Positions 9,715 through 21,307 of a stretch of 53,929 bases of DNA are shown here, in pieces (position 1 is the stretch's first letter; each line of letters opens with the position of its first letter). Location: sequence record SRR31156797_3530. The stretch is one strand, 5' to 3'. Position numbers and translations under genes: made by a program. Under the pieces are notes generated by a model. It had not been told where the DNA came from, did no database searches, and worked only from the letters and a program-made list of their open reading frames with translations.

Positions 9715-10933
9715 AAAAAGCAGACTAATAATTCTTAAACTCTCGGTCCTGCCAGTTGTAATTATACTGATTTTTTCTGGCTGCACCCAAAGCAGTATAT
9801 CTGACGTTTACAGTACTTCTGTTTCCATAACATCAGAAATAAATACAACAGTAACAAAAGATATTGTAAAACCAACACCTGCTCCAACGAATTCCCCTGA
9901 GCCATTACCTGACAGTCAGATAGTAATAGGTTTTGCAGGGGATATTTTGATGCACGAAGCTATTATGAACGTTGCAAAGTATAATGGTAATTCCTTTGAC
10001 ATTTGTTTTGAAAAAATTAGCTCTGCCCTCTCTTATCCTGACATTATGGTGGTTAACCTGGAGGGACCTTTAGCCGGAGATGATGTTATATCATATGGCT
10101 ATCCGGCATTTAACGTACCAGACGAAATATGTGATAGTTTAAACAATTATGGTGTTGATGTAGTTCTAAACGGCAATAACCATATTCTGGACTGGTGGGC
10201 TAGCAGTGCAGAACGCACAATAGATGTATTAGATAGCTACAACCTAACTCACACAGGAATCTGGAAAAAAGATGAAAGTAAGGCACCGCTGATAATTGAA
10301 GCAAATGGAATAAAGGTTGGCATTATAAACCCAACTGAAAGCATAAATGGATATACTGACTCTCTGGATACAGACCCTGTTGCATCAATGGTTGTATTAG
10401 CCCAAGACTATGAGGAAATTAAAAAGCAGATTAATGAGCTAAAAACCATGAATGCAGATATTATCATTGTATCTCCTCATATGGGAGAAGAATTCCGCTA
10501 TACAACTAATGAAAAATATTATGAAATTGCAGAAAAGTACCTTTTGCTTGGTGCTGATGCTGTAATTGCCCATCATCCCCATACAGTTCAGTCAGCAGAA
10601 GAAATTACAGTTACGCTAGATAATGGATGCACCAAGACTGGCATTGTCTATTTCAGTATCGGTAATCTGATTGGAGATATGTTCAGTAATAACTGTGAAA
10701 CTGGAGTAATAGCATATCTTAATATCCAAAAAAATAATAACACAGGAAAAACCACAATAACAAGCAGTCAATACCTGCCTATTTGCATCCAAAAGAATGC
10801 AGGTTACTACGATTTATACTACATAATGCCCCTTGAAGCAGATGAGACTGATTCCGAGCTTCTATCCTATAGAAACAAAATAGTAAATCATATTAATAGT
10901 GATATAATCACGGCAATGGATAAAATACCATAA
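9707..10933 (+). CDS. CapA/PGA_cap-family metallophosphoesterase-like lipoprotein
   Basis: Lipobox IFSGC; AGDIL, NLEGP, GNNHILD, HMGEE, HHPH and FSIGN motifs. Start position is uncertain. Confidence 0.8.
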   Translation: MVKKSRLIILKLSVLPVVIILIFSGCTQSSISDVYSTSVSITSEINTTVTKDIVKPTPAPTNSPEPLPDSQIVIGFAGDILMHEAIMNVAKYNGNSFDICFEKISSALSYPDIMVVNLEGPLAGDDVISYGYPAFNVPDEICDSLNNYGVDVVLNGNNHILDWWASSAERTIDVLDSYNLTHTGIWKKDESKAPLIIEANGIKVGIINPTESINGYTDSLDTDPVASMVVLAQDYEEIKKQINELKTMNADIIIVSPHMGEEFRYTTNEKYYEIAEKYLLLGADAVIAHHPHTVQSAEEITVTLDNGCTKTGIVYFSIGNLIGDMFSNNCETGVIAYLNIQKNNNTGKTTITSSQYLPICIQKNAGYYDLYYIMPLEADETDSELLSYRNKIVNHINSDIITAMDKIP

Positions 10934-10989
10934 ATGATGTTTCAATTCTTCCATGTAAACAAATTAATCTGTACTATTGTTTCAGAAAG

Positions 10990-12213
10990 TTAATTATATA
11001 ATTCCAGCAAAAAATCTTTTATATCGCTTTTATTATTCTTATCAGGATTATTTATAATAAACGCAAAAATCATATCCTTGTATTTTTTAATCTCAATAGG
11101 ATCTATATCAATGCATTCCATTATTTCCTTGCCGTCAATGTCAATATTACTGTATTCAATAAATCGAGAATTTTCCACCATTTCATTAAAAATTGTTAAT
11201 ATGTTTTCATAATGCTTATTTTCTGTCAGTCTTATAACCTCCAGCAATTCACCAGCAGTATCTTTCTCCATTTTAGCAAATTCAAACATAATGTTCTTTT
11301 CTGATTTCTGCCAGATAGTAATATTATCTACTAGATAAGATATCTTTTTCCCAAGCAGTTTACCAAGCGAAAGACTAGTTATATATTTATTCACCTTATC
11401 AGACGGAAGATTATGAAGAAATACAGCCCAGCGGATATTTTCATTCTTTGGAGCATTCTTTACTAATGCCATATCGTATTGATTCACTTCAGGAGCAATG
11501 TGATTATTCAAGCCTGTGTCAAAGAATATTTTCGCTCCAGTATCAATATATTCTGACATCAGAATTCTTTTTAGTTCCTGTCCTATTCGTTCTTTGGAAA
11601 TGCTATTAATCAAATGGCTTGTTGCAATAGCTCCATTCATTGTATCCCTATCAATACCAAACCCAAGTTTAGAGGCAAATCTGCACATTCTCAGTAACCG
11701 AAGTGCATCCTCAGTAAATACTTCAATACTGTCTCTACTGCATCTAATTACTTTATGTTTAATATCTGCAGCTCCATCAAATGGGTCGTAAATCTTTCCA
11801 TTACTTATATCGTAATAAATACTATTTATCGTGAAATCCCTTCGCAGTGCATCCTGATATATGTCCTTAGTAAATACCACTTCATCTGGCGTATGATAGC
11901 CATCACCTCTATAGCTTTCTGTTCTAAAACAAGTATATTCAAGCTCAACATCATCAGCAAAGAGTTTGATTGTTCCTAATGGATAGTTGGTGCTCTTAAT
12001 ATCTATCCTTTTATCATTTTTTGTTATCTGAACAAATTCATCCGGCAGACAATCACCACAAATGTCAATATCCGATAATTCCTGCTCCATATCTTCAATT
12101 AAGGAATCCCGAATATATCCACCAACAATATGCAAACTGAAATTATTATCATGCAGTATTTTTGCTAAATGCCTAATTCCATAAGGGATTTCTATTTCAA
12201 TACACTTGGTCAT
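10990..12213 (-). CDS. cca: tRNA nucleotidyltransferase (CCA-adding, class II)
   Basis: VGGYIRD, DIDI, RRDFTINS, EDALRLLR and SKERI motifs. Confidence 0.85.
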   Translation of the reverse strand: MTKCIEIEIPYGIRHLAKILHDNNFSLHIVGGYIRDSLIEDMEQELSDIDICGDCLPDEFVQITKNDKRIDIKSTNYPLGTIKLFADDVELEYTCFRTESYRGDGYHTPDEVVFTKDIYQDALRRDFTINSIYYDISNGKIYDPFDGAADIKHKVIRCSRDSIEVFTEDALRLLRMCRFASKLGFGIDRDTMNGAIATSHLINSISKERIGQELKRILMSEYIDTGAKIFFDTGLNNHIAPEVNQYDMALVKNAPKNENIRWAVFLHNLPSDKVNKYITSLSLGKLLGKKISYLVDNITIWQKSEKNIMFEFAKMEKDTAGELLEVIRLTENKHYENILTIFNEMVENSRFIEYSNIDIDGKEIMECIDIDPIEIKKYKDMIFAFIINNPDKNNKSDIKDFLLELYN

Positions 12214-12216
12214 ATT

Positions 12217-13473
12217 TTATTTCTTGCCTATATCAGTTCTATAATGAGCCTTATCAAAACTAATTGATTCAATACCTTTGTATGCCATACTTATTGCCTC
12301 ATCCATTGTATCAGCTATTGCAGTCACCCCTAGTACTCTGCCTCCATTGGTTACAATCTCTTCTCCTCTTTTAGCTGTACCTGCATGAAATACTATAGTA
12401 CCGAGGCTCTGTGCTTCTTCAATTCCTGTAATTTCATAACCTTTATCATATTTAACAGGATATCCGCCAGATGCCATAACTACAACACATCCAGCCTTAT
12501 TAAGAAAGCTAAAATCTACTTCTGATAATTTTTGGTCAATTATTGCATCTATAATTTCATATAAATCACCATCTAGTAAAGGTAGAACTACCTGTGTCTC
12601 AGGGTCACCAAATCTAGCATTATATTCTAATACTTTAGGTCCGTCTTTAGTCATCATAAGACCGATATACAAAATACCTTTAAATGGACAGCCCTCTTTG
12701 TTCATTGCTTCCATAGTAGCAGTCATTACATTGTTTTCTACAAAGTCTGCAACTTCCTTTGTGTACTTGGGTGTAGGAGAGAATGCTCCCATTCCACCAG
12801 TATTCGGACCCTCATCATTATTAAATGCTCTCTTGTGATCCTGAGATGATATCATTGGACGAATAGTCTTACCATCACAAAAACAAAGTAACGAAACCTC
12901 TGGACCTTCCATAAATTCTTCAACAACAACCTTAGCACCTGCTTCGCCGAATTTATTCTGATTCATAATTTCATCAACTGCATTAAGTGCCATATCTAAA
13001 CTATCACAGACATACACACCCTTGCCTAGTGCAAGTCCATCAGCTTTTACTACAATTGGTGCACCTTCTGCTTCGATGTAGTCACACGCACTTTTTGCAT
13101 CGTTAAATACCTCGTACTTAGCTGTCGGAATATTGTATTTTTTCATTAAATCCTTAGAAAAAGACTTAGAGCTTTCAATTCTAGCGGCTTTTTGATTCGG
13201 ACCAAAGGCTCTAATACCATGAGCTTCAAGTGCATCAACCATACCTGCCGCCAAAGGATCATCAGGTGCTACAAATACTAAATCAACATCTTGCACACTT
13301 GCAAGGTCTATGATACCATCAATATCCATTGCATTTACACCAAAGCACCGTGCAATCTGTGCAATACCACCATTTCCGGGAGCTGCAATAACCTCGTCTA
13401 CCCTATTGCTCTGCAATAGTTTCCATACAATAGCGTGTTCTCTGCCGCCTGAACCTACAACCAAAATCTTCAT
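12217..13473 (-). CDS. purD: Phosphoribosylamine--glycine ligase
   Basis: GSGGREHA, KADGLALGKG, GPNTGGMG and RFGDPE. Confidence 0.97.
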   Translation of the reverse strand: MKILVVGSGGREHAIVWKLLQSNRVDEVIAAPGNGGIAQIARCFGVNAMDIDGIIDLASVQDVDLVFVAPDDPLAAGMVDALEAHGIRAFGPNQKAARIESSKSFSKDLMKKYNIPTAKYEVFNDAKSACDYIEAEGAPIVVKADGLALGKGVYVCDSLDMALNAVDEIMNQNKFGEAGAKVVVEEFMEGPEVSLLCFCDGKTIRPMISSQDHKRAFNNDEGPNTGGMGAFSPTPKYTKEVADFVENNVMTATMEAMNKEGCPFKGILYIGLMMTKDGPKVLEYNARFGDPETQVVLPLLDGDLYEIIDAIIDQKLSEVDFSFLNKAGCVVVMASGGYPVKYDKGYEITGIEEAQSLGTIVFHAGTAKRGEEIVTNGGRVLGVTAIADTMDEAISMAYKGIESISFDKAHYRTDIGKK

Positions 13474-13562
13474 ATTATCTCCATATTATATTGCTGCAAA
13501 TCACTATTATTAAGCAATTTGCAGCCTGTTGAATCTGTTATCTTTTAATATTTATTAGTAAA

Positions 13563-15101
13563 TTAACTATGCTTGAAGTGTCTCATTCCAGTGTATACCA
13601 ATGAAATCTGATTATCTTTACATACTTTCTCAGTCAATTTATCATTCCTGGATCCACCTGGATGAATAATAGAAACGATACCTGCCTTAGCTGCTGCCTC
13701 AGCACAGTCACCAAATGGGAAATATGCATCTGATGCCATAACTGAGCCTTTTGCATTCTCTCCTGCTTGTTTAATCGCCTGTTCTGTTGGCCATATTCTA
13801 TTCACTTGACCAATGCCAATGCCTACTGTCTGTTTATTTTTTGCAAGGACTATTGCATTGCTTTTAACATGCTTTACTACCTTCCAAGCGAATATCATAT
13901 CTTCCATTTCTTCTTTTGTAGGCGTCTTATCAGTTACATAATCTAGCTCCTGACCCAAGATATCTCTGTCCATATCCTGCACCAATAGTCCTCCAGCCAC
14001 CTTTTTCATATCTTTTATGCCTGATGGCAGTTTACAGTTTACTGATGGTAATTTTAACAGACGAATGTTCTTTTTCCCCTTCAATATTTCCAATGCATCA
14101 TCATCATATTCTGGAGCTACCACAACCTCAATAAATATCTTTGAGATATCCTCTGCTACCTTTTTATCCAATTTTGCATTTGTTACAACTATACCACCAA
14201 ATATTGAAACTGGATCAGCACTATATGCTTTTCGCCATGCTTCATATCCTGTTTCTGCTGAACCTACACCGCATGGATTTGAATGCTTTACGCCAACATA
14301 AGTGATTTCATCCTTAAACTCTCTTAATACATCCAGTGCTCCATTAGTGTCTGCTATATTGTTGTATGATAATTCTTTGCCGTGCAATTGCTCGGCAGCG
14401 GCCAAAGTTCCATCCATCTTGCTCATCTCTTTATAAAAAGCACCGTCCTGATGAGGGTTTTCTCCATAGCGTAAATCCTGCACCTTTTCATATGTTAATG
14501 TTAGAGTTTCTGGGAAATCAATATTTTGTATTTCTCTCATATAGTTTGCAATCAATGCATCATAGCTTGCTGTGTGCTGAAATACTTTGTAAGATAGATA
14601 AAATTTGGTATCAATTGAAACTTCTCCGTTTTCTTTTAGTTCAGTAATAACCTTTTTGTAATCTACCGGGTCAACAACTACCGCCACATCTTGAAAGTTC
14701 TTAGCTGCAGAACGAAGCATTGTTGGTCCACCAATATCAATATTTTCAATTGCGTCTTCTAGCTGCACATTATCCTTTGAAATAGTTTCTCTAAATGGAT
14801 ATAGATTAATAATAACCAAGTCAATAGTTTCAACGCTAAGTTCATCTAGCTGCTTCATGTGCTTCTTGTTGTCTCTTCTAGCCAGAATACCAGCATGTAT
14901 TTTGGGGTGCAGCGTTTTCACTCTGCCGTCTAGGCACTCTGGGAATCCTGTAACTTGATCTACAGGAATTACATCAATTCCTGAATCCTTTATGCATTTT
15001 GCAGTACCGCCGGTTGAAATAATTTCTACTCCTAATTCGTTCAGTTGCTTTGCTAAATCCTCAATTCCCGTTTTGTCTGATACGCTGATTAATGCTCTCA
15101 T
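13563..15101 (-). CDS. purH: Bifunctional AICAR transformylase/IMP cyclohydrolase
   Basis: [33 protein letters not shown] and RHFKH. Confidence 0.97.
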   Translation of the reverse strand: MRALISVSDKTGIEDLAKQLNELGVEIISTGGTAKCIKDSGIDVIPVDQVTGFPECLDGRVKTLHPKIHAGILARRDNKKHMKQLDELSVETIDLVIINLYPFRETISKDNVQLEDAIENIDIGGPTMLRSAAKNFQDVAVVVDPVDYKKVITELKENGEVSIDTKFYLSYKVFQHTASYDALIANYMREIQNIDFPETLTLTYEKVQDLRYGENPHQDGAFYKEMSKMDGTLAAAEQLHGKELSYNNIADTNGALDVLREFKDEITYVGVKHSNPCGVGSAETGYEAWRKAYSADPVSIFGGIVVTNAKLDKKVAEDISKIFIEVVVAPEYDDDALEILKGKKNIRLLKLPSVNCKLPSGIKDMKKVAGGLLVQDMDRDILGQELDYVTDKTPTKEEMEDMIFAWKVVKHVKSNAIVLAKNKQTVGIGIGQVNRIWPTEQAIKQAGENAKGSVMASDAYFPFGDCAEAAAKAGIVSIIHPGGSRNDKLTEKVCKDNQISLVYTGMRHFKHS

Positions 15102-15102
15102 A

Positions 15103-15816
15103 TTATTCTCCTAATATTATTTCAAAATTTCTTTTTCTTTTACTAACTGGGTATATCATAGTTGTGTCTGTATTATAGTCCTTTAATACCTTTACATATC
15201 TATACTTTTCCCACATATGCATTGGGAAGAAGTGACTGATGTTAAATGCTTCCAAAAACCTTTGAGCTCCTTCATAGAAGTAGGTATTCATCCTTGAATC
15301 CAATGGAAAGAAAGCTATATCTATATCTGTAGTTTCTCTGATAATACTGTTCAATATGCGATAGAATTTGCTTTTGGCTTCATCTATTTCCTTTGAAGTG
15401 CTTTCGTCCCGCCAGCTCCACAGATTCAAATCACCAGCATGGAATATTTTAATTTTCTTATACTCAATCAGAAAGCATACCCCTTCATCTGAGCTGTCAA
15501 ATGTCTTTATATTAAATGGGTGCAGATTTATCTCTTCATCAAAAGACATAAATTTTACTTTTAGATTATCTGTTTTAATCTTTGGCTTTATATCATCTGA
15601 TAATACATATGCTACGTTTTCATTTAGTTTATTTGCTCTAAATATAGATTCATTAAAATGGTCAGAATGTGCATGACTTGCAAATATCAAAGTTCTTGTT
15701 GAATTACGGATTTTATCGGTTGGAAACTTACCCTCATAATAATCAAATATTAATAAGTAGTTATCAATCTCCACACAAAAGCCGCTATGACCAATGTATG
15801 TAATATCAAAAACCAT
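15103..15816 (-). CDS. MBL-fold metallo-hydrolase
   Basis: IGHSGF, SHAHSDH (HxHxDH), FHAGD and PMH; coupled to the purH start. Confidence 0.85.
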   Translation of the reverse strand: MVFDITYIGHSGFCVEIDNYLLIFDYYEGKFPTDKIRNSTRTLIFASHAHSDHFNESIFRANKLNENVAYVLSDDIKPKIKTDNLKVKFMSFDEEINLHPFNIKTFDSSDEGVCFLIEYKKIKIFHAGDLNLWSWRDESTSKEIDEAKSKFYRILNSIIRETTDIDIAFFPLDSRMNTYFYEGAQRFLEAFNISHFFPMHMWEKYRYVKVLKDYNTDTTMIYPVSKRKRNFEIILGE

Positions 15817-15934
15817 GATTCACCATATTCCTTCGTACCATTTTCTGCTTTTTGTAAATATCGTTCGTGTTTAGTATACCATAGGTATTTATTAATTTGA
15901 ATAGCCAATTTAAACAATATTAAGTGTTTATCTG

Positions 15935-17077
15935 CTAGTAATCAATAATGCCCAGCTTGTCCAATATCTTTTTAAAAATGTATTTGATTCTCCCGTCAGG
16001 AGTCAGGAATTTTTTCATCGTTCTCTTATAACCCTTGTTCAGATAATAATTCTTAAATTCATCTCTCTTTGGGTGAGGCTTTGCACTGTCATATACACCT
16101 TTGTTGTAAGCTACAGCGTTTTTGTATAAAGTCTCTGTAAGAATTATACTTTCGCATGATTTAATCAGTTTATTTCCCTTTTCATTTACAAATACAGCTG
16201 ATACTCCCATATCATCATCCATATCTTTATGATAATGCTCAACACCCCAGAAATCGCCCAACAGAATATCCGCCGTGACTGGCTTTGCAGGACAATTGTA
16301 GCAGCAATCCCGCATATAATATCCCTCAATAAAGCCTTTCATATATACATCCTTTGCTACAGGAGTTGATGATACTTTGCCGTTTTTATCCTTTGGAACA
16401 ATATCATATCTTCGCCATGAAGTATTCTTGTTCCTAAAATCAATGTCTGTTAATTGTGTTCTATACGATTTCTCTATGCTCTTTACATAATCATCAAAGA
16501 CTTTGTTGCTAGGCACACCATGACATACCACAGCACAAGTTGTAAGCAAATCACTGCTAAAAGCACTCCTTATGCCTTCCGTCTGGCATGGCGTACCACA
16601 AAAAAGAATCTGCTTACCCTCTGCAATGTATCTATCTATTTGTGTATAACAGTCGGCAATATAGCTTTGCACATATTTCGAGCCTTGAAGCTTTGCAATA
16701 TCATCCTTACTTGTGACGGCAATATGCTTTAGTTGCATCTTATCATCAAATCTCGCTCCAAAAACCACACCTTCTTGTGATATTATCTCTTTTGCCAATT
16801 GAGAGAATACTCCACCAGAACTGCTGTGTTTACGAATATCGTCATCTTCATTCTTTGCAGCATATACATATGTGAATTCTCCATCGTCTTCATGAGGCTC
16901 CTTAATAGCAGGACATATACTATTGCAGGCGTTACAGTCAATACATTTATTTAGATCAATATGCGGGTTTACAAAACCAAGCTCATCTCTTATAATTCCA
17001 ATGCATTCCTCTGGACATACAGCTGCACAAGCTAAGCACCCGGTACATATATTTTTTTTTAATGCAATTAACTCCAT
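15935..17077 (-). CDS. FrhB (F420-hydrogenase beta)-like Fe-S protein of a polysaccharide locus
   Basis: Two CxxCxxCxxxCP ferredoxin motifs; SSSGGVF, GSKYVQS, GTPCQ, CHGVPS, CYNC and GDFWG. Confidence 0.82.
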   Translation of the reverse strand: MELIALKKNICTGCLACAAVCPEECIGIIRDELGFVNPHIDLNKCIDCNACNSICPAIKEPHEDDGEFTYVYAAKNEDDDIRKHSSSGGVFSQLAKEIISQEGVVFGARFDDKMQLKHIAVTSKDDIAKLQGSKYVQSYIADCYTQIDRYIAEGKQILFCGTPCQTEGIRSAFSSDLLTTCAVVCHGVPSNKVFDDYVKSIEKSYRTQLTDIDFRNKNTSWRRYDIVPKDKNGKVSSTPVAKDVYMKGFIEGYYMRDCCYNCPAKPVTADILLGDFWGVEHYHKDMDDDMGVSAVFVNEKGNKLIKSCESIILTETLYKNAVAYNKGVYDSAKPHPKRDEFKNYYLNKGYKRTMKKFLTPDGRIKYIFKKILDKLGIIDY

Positions 17078-17089
17078 ACTCTCCCCTTT

Positions 17090-18625
17090 TTACGATTTTA
17101 CAAATCCTTTTAGTTTTTCAATCGTTCGGTTAAACAGATGCTTCTCTTCATCGTTAAGTATCATTAATCTTGCAATCAGTAAATATACTGCACTAAACAC
17201 TGCAATCCATACAATTAATGATATCAAAGTTTCCACAAGCAAAAATCTAGCTATTAATAATCCTAATGCTATCATTATTGCAATAAGAGGTAAAAATGAA
17301 AACATTGTTTCCCTAAAGAATCTCATTACCTCAATCTTAATTACTTTGGAGTAGTAAATATTAATAATTACTATATTACCTATTGTCAGTGCTAGTGCTG
17401 TAGCTATCGGTGCACCTAATATACCGATTTTGTCAACCAAAAATAGTGTTACAAATATATTTAGTACTGCAATTGCAAAGTAGACCATTGAGCGAAATTT
17501 ATGCTTGTTCATCGCCCTTAATATAGCAATCCCCATATTCTGAATCAACGGAACAGTAAGAGGTATTATGACTATCATGCAAATCAACCAAGATGTATCA
17601 ATATTCTCTACTCCACTTTTCCATACCCTGTAGAACGTCTTGCCAAATATTGCTACACCAGTTAATACAAGACCTAGAATCAGCATCTGTATCCTGCCAA
17701 CTTTTATCATAAAGTTTGTTAATTCTTTACCATCAGCTCCCTTTGTCACCATAGCAGTAACACGTGGTAAAAACACTTCACTGATAGCTGTAGAAAATCT
17801 CATGTAATAGATATTTATTTGAACGCCGTAGAAACAAATAGCAGCTGCGGCTTTTGAAATCTTTGCACCAATAATAAAATTGTCAACTTTCCAGAATATC
17901 TGGTCATAAACCATAGTCAGGAATATTATCAGGCTGAATGAACCAATCTCTTTGACAAAGCCTTTGTCGAATTTCCCCAGCTTTATTCTCAATTTCATTT
18001 TTAGCATAGTATAGAGCATTATAGTGAACTGCATTACAATATTTAATACTGTATCAACAACTACTATCATAAGCGACCTAAAGCCTAAGTTAAGCATTAT
18101 AATGATTGCAATAAATCGAATTATGACTCGTAATATACTAAGTGTTCTTGGCAGTACGAATTGCTCCCGGCCATTCATATAAGCAGAAAAACAGTTTAGT
18201 GGCATACAAACGGCGATATTGACGATGAGTACCAAAAACATTCGCTTTGCTAGTATAAAATCTTCGGGTGTAAATGTTCTGTTGAAAAAAACATCAATAA
18301 AGTTTGATGCAATTGCACCTACAATAACAACCAGAACTGCAATGGCAATATAGATAATCATTGACGTTGCAAGAAAGCGTTCCTCCCCATCAATATCATT
18401 CTCTGCACGATACTTGGCTACATACCTGGCTACTGTTGAACCCATGCCAAAATCCAGTATCACCATCATAGCAGCCATTGAGCCAATTATCGTATATATT
18501 CCAAATTCGTCCTCACCAATGTAGTTTCCTATAATAGGAATAAGAATTAGACTCAAAATATTGGTAATAAATATCATCACATAGGACAGGGCAACACCTA
18601 CCTTTGTCTGACTTACTTTACCCAT
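17090..18625 (-). CDS. Wzx-type oligosaccharide flippase
   Basis: About 12-14 hydrophobic segments, LDFGMG..VARY motif, polysaccharide gene context. Confidence 0.85.
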   Translation of the reverse strand: MGKVSQTKVGVALSYVMIFITNILSLILIPIIGNYIGEDEFGIYTIIGSMAAMMVILDFGMGSTVARYVAKYRAENDIDGEERFLATSMIIYIAIAVLVVIVGAIASNFIDVFFNRTFTPEDFILAKRMFLVLIVNIAVCMPLNCFSAYMNGREQFVLPRTLSILRVIIRFIAIIIMLNLGFRSLMIVVVDTVLNIVMQFTIMLYTMLKMKLRIKLGKFDKGFVKEIGSFSLIIFLTMVYDQIFWKVDNFIIGAKISKAAAAICFYGVQINIYYMRFSTAISEVFLPRVTAMVTKGADGKELTNFMIKVGRIQMLILGLVLTGVAIFGKTFYRVWKSGVENIDTSWLICMIVIIPLTVPLIQNMGIAILRAMNKHKFRSMVYFAIAVLNIFVTLFLVDKIGILGAPIATALALTIGNIVIINIYYSKVIKIEVMRFFRETMFSFLPLIAIMIALGLLIARFLLVETLISLIVWIAVFSAVYLLIARLMILNDEEKHLFNRTIEKLKGFVKS

Positions 18626-19803
18626 CAGATACGCTCCTTAACACGAATAATAGCATTCATTGACTGTTGCTTATAGTCCTTTAGAATAGATGATAAATGC
18701 TGTCTGATATCTGTTTCGTTATCCAAAATATAATCAAGTGCCTTAACCAATGCGTCATCTGATTTGATATCAGCTATAGGCAGCACATAATTCTCCTCTG
18801 TGCCGAATAAATCCTTAGCGATACCTCGAGCCTTGACAGAGTAGCCAATAGCAAGGGTTGGTACTCCTGTAGAATATGCTGCAATGGTGGAGTGAGTCCT
18901 TGCCCCAACAAACGCCCTGCATCTAGATATAAAGCCCTTTAGCTCTTTAGCATTGTATTTGCTGTGATCTATCATGAACACTCTGTTAGTATTTTTATAT
19001 TTCGTTAGCACTTCTTTAAGTGCGGTTAAATCATTCTGGGTATTTTTTTGATTATCATCTACAACATGAGGAATCAGAGCAATATTATTGTCAGTATCAT
19101 TAATAATATGCTCTACCATTTTGCACACTGCGTCAAATACAATTGTACTATCTTTAGAATACCTCATTGATAGTGCAGACAGGTTAAGCCCAATTGTCTT
19201 ATCCTTCTTCCACTCTTTAGGAAGCTCTGCATGTGTAACCGCCATAGTAAATGCTGGGTCTGGATGCAGGAATACATTCTCAATACCTGCACTCTTTAAC
19301 GCTTCGTATGATAGGCTTTCACGAACCATAATAGCATCGAAGAGCTTCAAATCCTCTGTCATTTTTTCATCTATTAATTCCTTATCAAAGCTGGCTCCCC
19401 AAAAGAACATTTTCTTTCCAGCGGCTTTTGACATCTTGTCAATGTGATAGAATGGAATAGGCGGTTCGTAGCAATAGTTGTCGCCGCCAATTGATATAAA
19501 CACATCTCCTAAATCCAGCAGTTTCTCAAACCATTTGTATTGATATTTTATATCCAGTTCATGCATTCCTATTTTTCGGAAGCCAAAGGCAAGCAAGTGA
19601 GGCAATGTGTATCTGACATTTGAGTGAGGATAAATATTATCCACAATGCCGTATTCCATTTTCCTGTCACCTTGGTATTCATATGCAGCTGTTGAGACTT
19701 CGCATCCTTTGAATGCAGACCTTATCATATTTGTTGTAGAACGCACAATAGCTTCACAGCCTCTGTTGTAGTACCCGCCCTGACCATATAATATAAATTT
19801 CAT
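18625..19803 (-). CDS. Polysaccharide pyruvyl transferase (WcaK/CsaB family)
   Basis: NRGCEAI, GGDNY, VRESLS, PDPAF, GARTHS and YSVKARG. Confidence 0.88.
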   Translation of the reverse strand: MKFILYGQGGYYNRGCEAIVRSTTNMIRSAFKGCEVSTAAYEYQGDRKMEYGIVDNIYPHSNVRYTLPHLLAFGFRKIGMHELDIKYQYKWFEKLLDLGDVFISIGGDNYCYEPPIPFYHIDKMSKAAGKKMFFWGASFDKELIDEKMTEDLKLFDAIMVRESLSYEALKSAGIENVFLHPDPAFTMAVTHAELPKEWKKDKTIGLNLSALSMRYSKDSTIVFDAVCKMVEHIINDTDNNIALIPHVVDDNQKNTQNDLTALKEVLTKYKNTNRVFMIDHSKYNAKELKGFISRCRAFVGARTHSTIAAYSTGVPTLAIGYSVKARGIAKDLFGTEENYVLPIADIKSDDALVKALDYILDNETDIRQHLSSILKDYKQQSMNAIIRVKERI

Positions 19804-19850
19804 TTCATTTTACCTTTCATATTTGCACTAGAAGTGCTCGAAATAATTGC

Positions 19851-21053
19851 TTATAACCCATTAAGCATATTATTAATATCATCTTTTAAAGTAGATAGCA
19901 GGTGTTTATTCATAGATTCATTATAATTATTTTTTGTGATAACTGTATTATCACTATATAAACATTTATTTATTTTCTCCGCTAATTGACGACTGTCGCC
20001 ATTTTTGAAAGTGTATACATTGTAATTATCCTTAGCAAATTCTCTGGTATTAGGAAAATCTGTAATAATAAATGGAATCTTTGCAATGCCTGCTTCATAC
20101 ATTGGTCTGGATTGATGAGGAAGTGTTGATGGGAAAACCACCACATCACAAACATCATACATAGCCCATATGTCCTGTCTGCCATCAAGAAACTCTATTT
20201 TGTTCCAAAGTTTATACTTATTAATTAGGTTAATAACCTTTGATTCATAATCCATACCCATGATAAATCGTATTTTATTTTTAATGCCTTGGATCTTTCT
20301 TAAATTCCTAGGGGTTTTATCTTCTGGCTTATACTGAAGCATCAAAAGCTTGGCTTCAACATCCTTTAACGCCTCAATGATTACATGTGTACCCTTTACT
20401 CTCCACATGCCTCCCATAAAAAGAATATACTTGGAATCAATATCCAATCCTATTTCTCTGCGTACATCTTCCCAATATCTTTTCAGGTAGCTTCCTGCAT
20501 CAACCCTATCATAAATAACGAAGGATTTTACTTTATCACCAACAATATTTTTATCATAATTTGATATGTAGCAAAGCCTGTCCATATTCCTTTTCAACTG
20601 GCTTTTAATGTAGTAATTCCTAAACGGCTTACCTTTTGGAAGTGTCTCTCTATAAAAGCAGACTGTCTTAATTCCCAGTTGTTTAGCAATCTTACCTATC
20701 CAAAACAGAGTATAGGAATTTAGAATTAAAATATCTGGTTCTTCATTTTGCAGGATTTTTTTAATCTTATTCTTAGACTTGTTAATATATGCGATTTGCT
20801 TTATAAACCTTAAATCAAAAATGCAGTAGGTCTTTCCATTAAAGTGAGGGTAAACATATTCTTTTTGGAAATCATCGCTGGTTTCAATATCTATTTCCTT
20901 AACAGCATTAATCATATGTCCGTTTTCCAGAGGACAGTAGACCTTTATGTCATATTTTTTCCTACTGATATTCTGCAGAATATGCATCATAGATACGCCG
21001 CCGCCGCCTATTGCGCCACTATGATGAAATACTAGAATTTTCTTCTTTTTCAT
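19851..21053 (-). CDS. Glycosyltransferase family 4 (GT-B)
   Basis: HSGAIGGGGVS, KGTH, FPS....SRPMYEA. Probable start is the ATG at 21053 (leaderless). Confidence 0.82.
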   Translation of the reverse strand: MKKKKILVFHHSGAIGGGGVSMMHILQNISRKKYDIKVYCPLENGHMINAVKEIDIETSDDFQKEYVYPHFNGKTYCIFDLRFIKQIAYINKSKNKIKKILQNEEPDILILNSYTLFWIGKIAKQLGIKTVCFYRETLPKGKPFRNYYIKSQLKRNMDRLCYISNYDKNIVGDKVKSFVIYDRVDAGSYLKRYWEDVRREIGLDIDSKYILFMGGMWRVKGTHVIIEALKDVEAKLLMLQYKPEDKTPRNLRKIQGIKNKIRFIMGMDYESKVINLINKYKLWNKIEFLDGRQDIWAMYDVCDVVVFPSTLPHQSRPMYEAGIAKIPFIITDFPNTREFAKDNYNVYTFKNGDSRQLAEKINKCLYSDNTVITKNNYNESMNKHLLSTLKDDINNMLNGL

Positions 21054-21307
21054 GAGTGCATTATAACACATTTGTAACAATTAAACTAGATAGATAAATA
21101 GGGAGTTTCAGTATTTTAAACTCGCAGTTAAAACACAAAACTTAAAAGATATATCTTTAATATGCATAATAATTCGGCAAAAAGAATACTATGATAATGC
21201 AAAATTTACTTAGTGTATTACGCAAATAACATCTTGCTAATTCTTTGCAAATTATACTTGCTATGATATAATTCATAATAGTAAGAATTTATAAAGCAGA
21301 CAATAAT

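Noticed and set aside
13493..13525. Inverted repeat between purH and purD as a purine or ZTP riboswitch
   Set aside because: A simple 9-bp stem without riboswitch consensus motifs.
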